From an uncultured Planctomycetota bacterium (GTDB lineage Bacteria > Planctomycetota > Planctomycetia > Gemmatales > Gemmataceae): a stretch of DNA of 64,000 bases. The stretch's first letter is position 1. Each line of letters begins with the position of its first letter. Made by a program: the position numbers and the translations under genes. The notes under the pieces were generated by a model. That model saw only the letters and a program-made list of their open reading frames with translations. It searched no databases and had not been told where the DNA came from. Location of the stretch: NCBI GenBank assembly GCA_963849325.1, contig CAWKHF010000002.1:448001-512000 (forward strand), given 5' to 3'. This document shows, piece after piece, positions 46,758 to 55,853 of the stretch.

Positions 46758-47396
46758 ATGATCGAACCGGAAGAGACCGATCGCTGGCGGGCATTGGCCG
46801 AGGAGTTGGGCTTGCCGCAAGAACCGGAGGCGCCCCCGCCGCATCCCACTCCGCGCGCGGAAACGCCTCCGCGAGCGGAGCCGGCGGAAGCGCCCATCGA
46901 GGCGGAGTCGGCGGAAGCGCCGACCGTGCGCGCGGAGGAAGCGCCATCCCGCGGCCGTCGGCGGCGCGGTCAGACGGCCGCTCCCGAAAGGAAGGTCGAG
47001 GAGCTGGCGGAAACGTCGGCCGCCGCCGAGACAACCGAGACAGCGGAACCGTCCACGAAGGAAGAACGGCCGCGCCGCGGCCGTCGGCGCCGCCGCGGCG
47101 GCAATCAAGCCGCTGAGGAAACCAGCACCACCCAGACGGCCGCTCCCGTCGCCGAGTCGGAGGACGAGAGCGGCGAGGAACGGCCGCGTCGTCGCCGACG
47201 TCGCCGTGGCAAGAATGCGGAGCCGGAGAGCGAGCCGGCCCCCGCCGCCCAGGCCGAGGAAGAAGACGATGCCGTCGTGGAGGAGCCTGCCGCCGAAGAG
47301 GAAGACGATTCCGAGGAGGAGAGCGAGGATTTCTCGACCTGGAACGTGCCCTCCTGGGCCGAGATCATCGCCTCGCTTTATCGTCCCGAACGCTGA
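46758..47396 (+). CDS. Hypothetical disordered acidic protein with Arg-rich patches
   Basis: WRALAEELGL N-terminus, three RRGRRRR-type patches, C-terminal VPSWAEIIASLY; strong codon bias. Confidence 0.7.
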   Translation: MIEPEETDRWRALAEELGLPQEPEAPPPHPTPRAETPPRAEPAEAPIEAESAEAPTVRAEEAPSRGRRRRGQTAAPERKVEELAETSAAAETTETAEPSTKEERPRRGRRRRRGGNQAAEETSTTQTAAPVAESEDESGEERPRRRRRRRGKNAEPESEPAPAAQAEEEDDAVVEEPAAEEEDDSEEESEDFSTWNVPSWAEIIASLYRPER

Positions 47397-47401
47397 CGAA
47401 A

Positions 47402-47465
47402 AGTTCTGAGTTCTGAGTTCTGAGTGCAAAAAGAGAACTCCTTTTTGCACTCAGAACTCAGAACT
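47402..47465. repeat. Inverted (AGTTCTG)n heptamer hairpin
   Basis: (AGTTCTG)x3 AGTGCAAAAAG ... CTTTTTGCACT (CAGAACT)x2. Confidence 0.88.
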
Positions 47466-47481
47466 AGGGGAGGGGCAGCCC

Positions 47482-47928
47482 ATGGCCGACGCGATCATTG
47501 ACATCCTCGGACCGGAGGACGTGGCCGAGATCGTCAAGCTCTACAACCAGATTTTTCGCCCGTCCAAGGACGCGGAGTTCTTCAACCGCCGTTACCTGGG
47601 TCGCCATAACGTGCTGCAAATGGTGGCCCGTATTCAGGATCTGCCGGTCGGCTTCTTCCTCGGTTTCGAGCTGAAGCCGAGCGTGTTCTTCGCCTGGTTT
47701 TACGGTGTGCTGCCCGACTTCCGCCGCCAGGGCATCGCCTCGCAGTTGATCGAGGCCGTCCACGACTGGGCGCGGATGAACGACTACGAGGCCATTCGCT
47801 TCGAGTGTCATAACCAGCATCGGCCGATGCTGCACCTGGGCATTGCCCTGGGATACGACATCGTCGGCATTCGCTGGGATCCCGACCGCGGCGCCAACCT
47901 CGTGCTGTTCCAGAAGGCGCTCGTTTAG
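47482..47928 (+). CDS. GNAT family N-acetyltransferase
   Basis: GVLPDFRRQGIASQL (motif A). Confidence 0.88.
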   Translation: MADAIIDILGPEDVAEIVKLYNQIFRPSKDAEFFNRRYLGRHNVLQMVARIQDLPVGFFLGFELKPSVFFAWFYGVLPDFRRQGIASQLIEAVHDWARMNDYEAIRFECHNQHRPMLHLGIALGYDIVGIRWDPDRGANLVLFQKALV

Positions 47929-47974
47929 CCGCGACGCGCAGCGGAGCGCGCTCCGCCGCGCGTCGCGGCTAAAC
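47923..47974. repeat. REP-like palindrome family A providing both convergent stop codons
   Basis: GTTTAG contains the GNAT stop (47926-47928); CTAAAC contains the trpG stop (47969-47971). Confidence 0.88.
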
Positions 47975-48553
47975 AGGATATGTCATATCCAAAAAGTTCT
48001 TGAGAAGTCGCGGCCCTTCGATCGTCAGAAAGCTCTCGGGATGGAACTGGACGCCGTGCAGCGGCCAGGTGCGGTGTCGCACGCCCATGATCTCGCCTTC
48101 CTCGGTCCAGGCGCTGATGACGAAGTCCGGATTGTGGAACGTGTCGCGGCGAATGACCAGGCTGTGATAGCGCGTCGCCTCGAACGGATTGGACATGCCG
48201 CGAAAGACGCCCTGGTTGTCGTGGTGGATCGGCGAGGTCTTGCCGTGCATGATGCGGACATTGCGCACCACTTCACCGCCGAAAACATGGCCAATGCACT
48301 GGTGCCCCAGGCATACACCGAGGATCGGCACCGTCGGCGCGAAGCGGCGCAGCACGTCGTTGGAGATGCCGGCCTCGCGCGGCGTACACGGGCCGGGCGA
48401 AAGGATGATGCGCGACGGCTTCAGTTCCGCCACCTGCTCGACCGTGATCTGATCGTTGCGGAAGACGCGCACGTCGATGCCGCCGTCCAGTTCCCCCAGG
48501 CGCTGCACCACGTTGTAGGTGAACGAATCGTAGTTGTCGATGAGAAGAATCAA
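47969..48553 (-). CDS. trpG: Anthranilate/aminodeoxychorismate synthase component II (TrpG/PabA)
   Basis: IDNYDSFTYN, LSPGPCTP, GVCLGHQ, RYHSL, GVQFHPES. Cannot distinguish trpG from pabA. Confidence 0.92.
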   Translation of the reverse strand: MILLIDNYDSFTYNVVQRLGELDGGIDVRVFRNDQITVEQVAELKPSRIILSPGPCTPREAGISNDVLRRFAPTVPILGVCLGHQCIGHVFGGEVVRNVRIMHGKTSPIHHDNQGVFRGMSNPFEATRYHSLVIRRDTFHNPDFVISAWTEEGEIMGVRHRTWPLHGVQFHPESFLTIEGPRLLKNFLDMTYPV

Positions 48554-48560
48554 TTCGGGG

Positions 48561-48845
48561 TTAGCCTTGTTTTTCGGGATAGGGTTGGGCGCTGTTGACG
48601 TCGCCCTTGTACTTGGCCTTGGCCACGGCGGGATCGAGTTTGCGCAGATACTGCTCGGAAGCGTTGATGTCGTACCAGCCGCCGTCCTGAAAATCGATCA
48701 GCGCCTTGTTGTTGTGATTGACGGTGACGACTCGACCCACGATGCCGGCGAACCGTTTCAATTCCGGGCGCTCGGGGTTGACCTCGACGTACTGGTCGGT
48801 CCATTCGTGCTTGAGCGCCTCGTAACGCAGGTCCGCGGGTTCCAT
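48561..48845 (-). CDS. Hypothetical small protein, possibly an SH3-like beta-barrel
   Basis: AGGAG RBS; YVEV..RPELKRF...GRVVTVN...ALIDF..GWYDI. Confidence 0.7.
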   Translation of the reverse strand: MEPADLRYEALKHEWTDQYVEVNPERPELKRFAGIVGRVVTVNHNNKALIDFQDGGWYDINASEQYLRKLDPAVAKAKYKGDVNSAQPYPEKQG

Positions 48846-48883
48846 CGGGCCGTCTCCTCGCTTGCCGAAAAAAGGGTCTAAGG

Positions 48884-49876
48884 TCAATGAAACGCTTGTT
48901 CGCCGGAGGGCGGCGGTGCCTCGAAGTCGAGCCGCTTGACGAACTTGCAGGCTTCCTCCGCTCCGAAGGCGCGATCCATGCCGGGATCCTTCCACTCCAC
49001 CGTCAGCGCTCCATCATAGCCGATGTCGTTGAGGGCGCGAATAATCGACTCCCAGTCGATGCCGCCGCGGCCGGGCGAACGCGGTTGCCAGCCGCGCCGC
49101 GCGTCGCCGTAGGGCAGATACGAACCCAGCAGGCTCGTTCGCCCATTGAGCGTCAGTGCCAGATCCTTGACGTGGACGTGGAAAATCCGTTCGGGAAAGC
49201 GGCGGAGGAACTCGACCGGATCGACGCCCTGCCAGTGCAGATGGCTGGCGTCGAAGGTGAAACCGAACTCCTCGCGGCCATGTAATGCATCCAGAACGCG
49301 CTCGGCACTGTACAGGTCGAAGGCGATCTGTCCGGGGTGGACCTCGAAGGCATACTTCAAACCGCAGTCGCGGCACACGTCCAGAATGGGGTTCCACTGG
49401 CGAGCGAAGTCGCGCAGGGCGTCCTCGACGACGGCCGCGCTCGGGGCCGGATAGCCCAGCACGTACGACCAGATCGGCGAGCCGGTGAAGCCGCTGAGGA
49501 CCGATACGCCCAGCTTCTGGGCCGCCCGCGCCGTGTCCATCATCTCCTGCACCGCGCGCTCGCGCACTCCATCGGGCGAGCCGTCGCCCCAGACGTAATC
49601 GGGAACCAGGTCGCGGTGCCGGTCGTCGATGACGTCACAGACGGCCTGGCTGACGCGATGAGCGCTGACGACGGGCACCATCAGTTCCAGGCGGTTGAGC
49701 AGCTCCAGTTTTTGCGGAGCGTAGTCTTCCGCGCTGAGGGCGCGCTGCACCTCGAAATGATCGCCCCAGCAGCACAGATCGAGTCCGTTATAGCCCCATT
49801 CGGCGGCCTGGGCGGCCAACTCTTCGAGCGGCACATCCGCGCAGGAACCACTGAACAGGAGGATCGGCCGGGGCAT
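48884..49876 (-). CDS. Sugar phosphate isomerase/epimerase (TIM barrel)
   Basis: CWGDHF, GFTGSPIW, FEVHPGQIAFD, FDASHL, HVHVKD, VEWKD. Confidence 0.9.
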   Translation of the reverse strand: MPRPILLFSGSCADVPLEELAAQAAEWGYNGLDLCCWGDHFEVQRALSAEDYAPQKLELLNRLELMVPVVSAHRVSQAVCDVIDDRHRDLVPDYVWGDGSPDGVRERAVQEMMDTARAAQKLGVSVLSGFTGSPIWSYVLGYPAPSAAVVEDALRDFARQWNPILDVCRDCGLKYAFEVHPGQIAFDLYSAERVLDALHGREEFGFTFDASHLHWQGVDPVEFLRRFPERIFHVHVKDLALTLNGRTSLLGSYLPYGDARRGWQPRSPGRGGIDWESIIRALNDIGYDGALTVEWKDPGMDRAFGAEEACKFVKRLDFEAPPPSGEQAFH

Positions 49877-49907
49877 AGAGTTTCGGGTTTACAAAGTGTT
49901 TCAATGT

Positions 49908-49970
49908 GGCGAGCGGGGGGCGTAAGCCCCCTGTTGCTTCTCAACAGGGGGCTTACGCCCCCCGCTCGCC
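49908..49970. repeat. REPIN-like palindrome family C with internal GTAA hairpins
   Basis: Perfect 29-bp arms GGCGAGCGGGGGGCGTAAGCCCCCTGTTG; related copy at 59173-59238. Confidence 0.88.
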
Positions 49971-51863
49971 GAGTTTTCTACTCGGTTGTTCCGCCGTCCC
50001 GTTGAGGCGGCAACTCACCCAGCGGCGACGGAGGCGGCAGCGGGGCCGGCTCCGGCGTCCGAGGCAATTCGCTGGCCGGCGTGGGGACCACGGCGCCGGC
50101 GGCGTTGGCGTCGTCAGAGGAGCGACCGGCGCGGGTATGGTGGCTGGTGTCCGCAGCGTCGGCGCCTCCACCATCGTCATCGGCTCCGGCGGCTTCACGG
50201 CCGACGATGCCGGCGGCGCGGGCGGCGTGAAGTGGCCGCCATACGGACCTTCCTGATCGTCTTCCTCCAGATAAACCTCGTCCAGTTCCGCCGCATCGAC
50301 GTGGCGACGCATCAACAGGTAAATGATCGTACTCGCACTCCAGAAGTAGCTGTAGCCGAAGCCGAGCATGAGCAGGAAGACGATGAACAGCCAGATGGCC
50401 ACGAGGAAGGCGCCGGCCTTGTTCCAGCCGCGCAGCCGGTCCTTCGACTGCTCCGGCTCGCCCAGGTAATCGGCGTAGACGTTCGGTTGAATCTCGCCGT
50501 TGTCCACCAGTTTGCGGCCCTCGACCGTCGTGCCCTCCAGCAGCAGCGTGCGCCAGCCGAACGATGTCGGGGCGTAGACGAACAGGAACGACGGTTCGCG
50601 GTTGGCCTTGGAGATGAACGGCGTTTCCGACACGCCCCACTTGGCCAGGTACACCGTCAGCGAACCCATGAAGCCGACGAAGAACACCAGTACGGCGCCA
50701 TAGACGATAGCGACCAGGCTGTACCAGATGTAATGCCACGGCTTCTGATAGACGTAACTGTAGGATCGGCTGACGGCCTCCCAGCTATCGGTGCCCTCGG
50801 TGCTGATGGTCGCCGACATGAGCGGCCAGCCGACCAGGCCGACCAGGGTGACGGCCATCACCAGTCCGAAGATAAGCATGACCCACCACAGCAGGCCGTC
50901 CACGACGATGTCGCCGAAGACCGGGATCATGTGAAAAACGCCGAAGATCACCATGATAATCAGCAACAAAAAGACGAACGCCATCGGGAACAGCGGAGCC
51001 ATCAGGTAGGAAGCGATGCGCTTGAGGGTGAAGCGCATGGCCTCGCGCAGACCGATCTTCTCGCCGCGCGCCACCTGCACGGCGGCGATGCGCGTGATGG
51101 CGCCGCCGAAGAGCGCCCAGGTAGCCAACGTCCACAACATCACGCACAGGAAGTAGAGCGACGTGAAGAAGGTGGAACGCGGACTGAAGAAGTAGATGAT
51201 CGGCTGCACGAACTTGACGAGCGGCTCGATCATGACCAGGAGCTGATCGCGGACAAACCAGTCCCAGAAGCGGCCGGCCTCCCAGGGGATGCCAGCCTGG
51301 CCGGTCACGAGCAAATAGGGATTGGGACCGCGGTCCTCGAACCACGGCCAGGTCGCCAGCCGGGCATACGGTTTGTCCTTGCCCAGCTTCGCCACGTAGA
51401 CGCGCCCCTTGGCCTCGGTAAGTTTGCCTTCGCGCACCAACTCGACGACGGCCGGACCTAGGTTGGGTCCGGCGTTGTCCAGGTTCTTGACGGTCTCGTA
51501 CTCTTCGCGGCTGTTGGCCAGGTCGAGGACCTGGACCTTCTGCCCCGACTGGCCCAGTCCAGCCGACTCGTGCATGAGGTTCCATTCATCCCGCTCGCGC
51601 TTGAACTGCTCCCAGCCTTTCTTGGGATCGTCCTGGGCCTGATACTTCCCCGGCCAACCGGGGGGAATCTTGTCATCGAAGCCGCCGGCGTTGCGGAAGA
51701 CGACGGCGAGCATCCACCAGCCGAAGGCCATCACCAGGATGCCGGCGGCGGCGAGCAACAACTTGTTGAGGTCCAACGCCACCTGAAAGCCGCGGAACAG
51801 CTCCGTCCAGGGCAGCAACTGCCGCCACGTCACCTCGCGTCCCTCGATTTTGTCCTCGGCCAT
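49953..51863 (-). CDS. Hypothetical polytopic membrane protein with Pro-rich tail
   Basis: About 7 TMs, GGAITRIAA, DSWEAVSRSYSYVYQKPW, IYLLMRR; AAGGAG RBS. The exact 3' end may be affected by an indel. Confidence 0.8.
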   Translation of the reverse strand: MAEDKIEGREVTWRQLLPWTELFRGFQVALDLNKLLLAAAGILVMAFGWWMLAVVFRNAGGFDDKIPPGWPGKYQAQDDPKKGWEQFKRERDEWNLMHESAGLGQSGQKVQVLDLANSREEYETVKNLDNAGPNLGPAVVELVREGKLTEAKGRVYVAKLGKDKPYARLATWPWFEDRGPNPYLLVTGQAGIPWEAGRFWDWFVRDQLLVMIEPLVKFVQPIIYFFSPRSTFFTSLYFLCVMLWTLATWALFGGAITRIAAVQVARGEKIGLREAMRFTLKRIASYLMAPLFPMAFVFLLLIIMVIFGVFHMIPVFGDIVVDGLLWWVMLIFGLVMAVTLVGLVGWPLMSATISTEGTDSWEAVSRSYSYVYQKPWHYIWYSLVAIVYGAVLVFFVGFMGSLTVYLAKWGVSETPFISKANREPSFLFVYAPTSFGWRTLLLEGTTVEGRKLVDNGEIQPNVYADYLGEPEQSKDRLRGWNKAGAFLVAIWLFIVFLLMLGFGYSYFWSASTIIYLLMRRHVDAAELDEVYLEEDDQEGPYGGHFTPPAPPASSAVKPPEPMTMVEAPTLRTPATIPAPVAPLTTPTPPAPWSPRRPANCLGRRSRPRCRLRRRWVSCRLNGTAEQPSRKLGERGA

Positions 51864-52088
51864 GAATGCTCCTTATTTACCCCGGCACGGAGGGTTCTTA
51901 TCCGAGCCCGCAGCGTGAGCGAGGGAAATCGCCCCCGCGCTCACGATCGGGTTCTTTCCTGCCGGGGTAATATAAGAGGTTGGCGAGCCTTTGGAAACGG
52001 GATCGGCTGACAAACCGGCCCCCCTGGCATCGTGGGAAGCGGGTTGGTCAGCCGAACGGAGGCCGAACGAGGCGGACAGGGTCGCCGC

Positions 52089-53387
52089 TCAGAAGATCAG
52101 AGCGATGCTGGCCTGGAAGCCGGTGAACCAGCGGAAGACGTCCTCGTAACCCGGCGCCAGGGCGCTGTAGTTGAAATCGATAGGCTGCGTCGAGGCGACG
52201 GTGTTGGCGAAGGCGAAGAAGTCCCAGCCGAGGTTGAGCTGAATGCCCTCCAGGGGATACCACATCAAGCTGGGCGTGACCTGGACTTCGGGCACGGCCC
52301 GGAACTGCGTACGCGAACGCTTGTTCTCCGGGCCGCCCCGGTCGCCACGCTCGTAATCGACCCGCATTTTGACGACATCCACGAAGGCGGCGCCTTCGGT
52401 GGTGAGCATGGCGGCGAAGCCGCAGCCCAGATACCACTCCTGCTGCAAGCCCACGTGGACGCCGTACATCTGGTTGTCCACCTGGTTGTTATAGACGCCC
52501 ACGTAGATCGGCGACGAGTTGCCGAAGGCGTCGAGGTCCGTGGTCGTCCAGCGGAATTTCTCCTGGATCCAGCTATAGCGCGGGCCGACGACATACGAGG
52601 CCCGGTAGGTCTCGGTCTCATAGAAGGGCTTGCGATAGGTGACCTGGAGTTGCTCGAAGCGCTGCAAGAACAGCAGCGTCTGAGTGCTGGCGCCGTTCCA
52701 GATGCCGAAGACGGACCCCGGGGCGGGGATGAGTACCGGCACCCCGAGCGGGTTGGGCACCTGAATCTTGTTGAGGGGGCCGGCGAAATCGCTGGGGAAG
52801 TTGTAGACCGGCGACGTCAGAAACGTGTCCTGCTGCTGATTGCCGAACAACTGCGTCGGCGTGTTGACCAGGGTGGCGGCGGCCGTGTACTGGGCTTCGG
52901 CGATGTACAGGAAGCCGATGGTCAGGGCCGAGCCGTCGCGGAATTTCCAGCCGCCCTCGACCTGGAAGCCGGGCTGAAAGCTCTGCGGCCCGGTCACCTG
53001 GTTGGTGTCCAGGGCCAGCGCTCGGCTGCCGATGAACTGACCCTGGAAGGCCTGGTTGCCGGTGACGGGGTCCGGGACCGTGACGAAGGTAGCGCCGCCG
53101 GTCTCTGGATTGGGAACGCTGGGCTGAGAGGCGATGAAGCCGCGGTAGGCGACCGGCTGGTCCTTGATGGGATTGCTTTGCTCATACATCACGTAACCGC
53201 CGGTCACGAAGAGACCGCCGACGTCGGGTCGGTTGCTGTACAGCGGATACGGCAGCTGATGGTCGGGAGGCGAATAATCCCCTGCTAGCCCGCCCGGTAT
53301 CTGAGCCAGCGCCGCCCCCGGCGCCAGCGCGGCGAGCGCGGCCAGCAATCCTGCTCTCCAAACGCTCTTGGTTCGCATAAGCCCCAT
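52089..53387 (-). CDS. Outer-membrane beta-barrel protein (BBP7-like)
   Basis: Signal peptide, alternating aromatic/glycine strands, C-terminal GFQASIALIF ending in Phe. Confidence 0.75.
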   Translation of the reverse strand: MGLMRTKSVWRAGLLAALAALAPGAALAQIPGGLAGDYSPPDHQLPYPLYSNRPDVGGLFVTGGYVMYEQSNPIKDQPVAYRGFIASQPSVPNPETGGATFVTVPDPVTGNQAFQGQFIGSRALALDTNQVTGPQSFQPGFQVEGGWKFRDGSALTIGFLYIAEAQYTAAATLVNTPTQLFGNQQQDTFLTSPVYNFPSDFAGPLNKIQVPNPLGVPVLIPAPGSVFGIWNGASTQTLLFLQRFEQLQVTYRKPFYETETYRASYVVGPRYSWIQEKFRWTTTDLDAFGNSSPIYVGVYNNQVDNQMYGVHVGLQQEWYLGCGFAAMLTTEGAAFVDVVKMRVDYERGDRGGPENKRSRTQFRAVPEVQVTPSLMWYPLEGIQLNLGWDFFAFANTVASTQPIDFNYSALAPGYEDVFRWFTGFQASIALIF

Positions 53388-53522
53388 CTCCTCCGTGACC
53401 CGGGCGCGTGGCCCGTCCCCCGTGCGGCGTTTCCCCCCGGCCGCGACCCCGTTGTCGGACAGAACGTCCGCGCCGTCTCACGACGGCGGACTGTTCTCGC
53501 GACAAGAATTGAAGGGAGGCGG

Positions 53523-53550
53523 AATATAGCAATCGCCTTCATCCTGTCAA
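53523..53550 (-). promoter_or_regulatory. Sigma70-type promoter of the beta-barrel gene
   Basis: Minus strand TTGACA-16 nt-TATATT with a TG extension. Confidence 0.6.
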
Positions 53551-53598
53551 GAGGACTTTTTGGCGATTGCCGAAAGAAGATGCGAACGGCCGGAGACG

Positions 53599-54129
53599 TC
53601 ACCCGGCCGCTCGCTCGCCTTGCTCCGCGGTGTAGCGCTCGGCGAGGCGGACCTCCTCTTGAAGGGATTCGGCCGCCGGCCGAGAGCTGGCGTGCGGATC
53701 GAGGCAAAACAGCTCCCAGCGCTCGCCCTCGTAGCCGTGCTGGCGCACGTACCACTCATCCTTGTCGTTGCGGGCCAGGGGGAACAGGGAGCAAGCGGCG
53801 GGCTTGTAGCGGTAGGAGTCGCCCTCGGCGGCGCCAACCTTGTGCAGCACGCAGCCACCGTGGAAGAAGACACACCAACCGTCCACCACGCGGAGCATCG
53901 GCAGGTCCATCCGTCGCCGGCCGCTCAGATAGCCCTTCTTCTCCACAAGCTGCCGGGCCTCGGGACGCAGGTGCGGCAGGAACTTTTCCCGGTTGGCATC
54001 GAGACGTTCAATCTCGTCGGGGTAAACGGGAGGCCGGCCGTTGCGGCAGCAAATGCCGTCACAGCCGCGACCGAAGATACACTCAAACTTCGCTTCCGAC
54101 AGGTTGACGACCGGCAGGCTGTTCCGCAT
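53599..54129 (-). CDS. Cys-cluster protein (YkgJ/DUF3109-like)
   Basis: FECIFGRGCDGICC, WCVFF..GCVLH, KPAACSLFP. Confidence 0.8.
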   Translation of the reverse strand: MRNSLPVVNLSEAKFECIFGRGCDGICCRNGRPPVYPDEIERLDANREKFLPHLRPEARQLVEKKGYLSGRRRMDLPMLRVVDGWCVFFHGGCVLHKVGAAEGDSYRYKPAACSLFPLARNDKDEWYVRQHGYEGERWELFCLDPHASSRPAAESLQEEVRLAERYTAEQGERAAG

Positions 54130-54309
54130 AGAGGGAAGCCTCCGCGACGAAAGGGTGAAACACGCTCCGCTGTTTCCATCCGCAGGATAGCGGATGTCGC
54201 CGTTTTTTTCCAGCCCGCCGGAGCGTCTTCCCGTCGCGCATCCTTCCGATCTCGCCGAGCAATCGATACCTTTTGCCCGGTTGACGGTCCCGGATCGTCA
54301 CGGAAGAAC

Positions 54310-55690
54310 CTACGGGTGTACGTCGCCGCGGCGGATGCGCGGCAAGAGAGGCAGCATGACGAACAGCAACGCGGCGCCGAAGACGTAGGGCAGCAGGTGA
54401 CTGGGGGTGAGTTTGTACAGGCCCAAGCCGAAGATCGGCCCGAGGATGCGCCAGCGATGCCGCTGACTGGTTGACGCCGAGGATTTCGCCCTGCTTGTCC
54501 GGATCACTGCGGCGCGAAATCAGCGCCTGCGCCGACGGCGTCAGGAAAGCGAAACCGACCACGGCCAGGGTCATGCTTACCAGCATCCAGACCAGCAGAA
54601 CGAGATCGACCGAGGACGGGGTTTCCGCAACCGAGAGCGTTTTCTCGTAGCCCATCCACGTCACGCCGCCCAGCAGGAGCAGTCCCAGGGCCATGAGGCT
54701 AATGCCCATCGCCATGAACGTCACTTCGCTGAGGCGATTGGCCAGGCGGCGATACAGAAAACCCTGCGTCATCACCAGCACGAAACCGACGTAGGCGAAC
54801 ATCAGGAAGCTGTTGCGTTCGCTCAGGTGCAGCACGTCCTCGATGAGCAGGGCCAAGGTCGGCTCGAAGCCGCCGAAGCCGAGCGTCGCCAGGAAGAAGA
54901 TCAGCACAATCGGAGCCAGCACCGGCGAACGCAGCACGTTGGACATGGCGCGGCTGTCGAACCACCTGCGTTGAAGCGGCGGAGCGGCATCGAAGCGCCG
55001 TGTCTCCGGCAGCAGGAGGATGCCGAGCACCAGGGCGAGGAGAGACAAAGCGGCGGCGGAGTAGCCGATCACGCCGTAATGGGCGGGGAACAGGTAGAGC
55101 GAAGCGAAGCCGACCAACGGGCCGAACGTGAAGCCGATGCCGAAAGCGGCGCCGATCAAGGCCATGCCGTGTTTGCGCCGCTGCGGTGTCGTGCAGTCGG
55201 CGATGACGGCCTGGGCCGTGGCGATGGTGGCGCCGGCCACGCCGGCGCCGATGCGCGAGACGAACAACAGCGCCAGGGCCAACGGCGCCCAGTCGCGCTC
55301 CGCCGGCAGGTCCGAGGCGTAGCCGAACAGCAGGTAGAAGAAGACCGAACCGACGAGTCCAATCAGCAGGATCGGCCGTCGTCCGACACGATCAGAGATG
55401 CGGCCCCAGACAGGAGCGAAAAAGAACTGCATGGCCGAGAACGACGCCATGAGCAGGCCGAGGATGGCGCCGCCGAGAGGAGCCTTCTTGCCGCCCTCGA
55501 TAAGGGTGTTGACGTAGCGTTCGCCGTAGCGCGACAGCAAAGGAATGACGATGCCGAAGCCGAGCAGATCGATGAAGACGACCAGAAAGACAATCATCAG
55601 GGCCGACTTGGAGGCGGAACTGCCGGGCGGCGTCGAGGGACCGGGAATCGCGGAGGCGGAGGTTTGAATCGAGGTCGAGGGATCAGACAT
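54310..55690 (-). CDS. MFS transporter (TetA-like DHA1); frameshift near 54450
   Basis: VFIDLLGFGIVIP, WGRISDRVGRRP, GAAFGIGFTFGP, QGEILG. Confidence 0.92.
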
Positions 55691-55853
55691 GGCTGACATT
55701 CTTCCTGCGGATTAAGGCGTCCAGGCACGGAGGGCGTATTCCGGTTTTATACCGGCTTGCGCGGGAGGAAGACAGGGCAAGGAAAATCGCATGTCGCGGA
55801 CGGGGAGCGTGCGCAGTATCTTGGTAGTACACCATTCACCGAGGGAACGAGGC

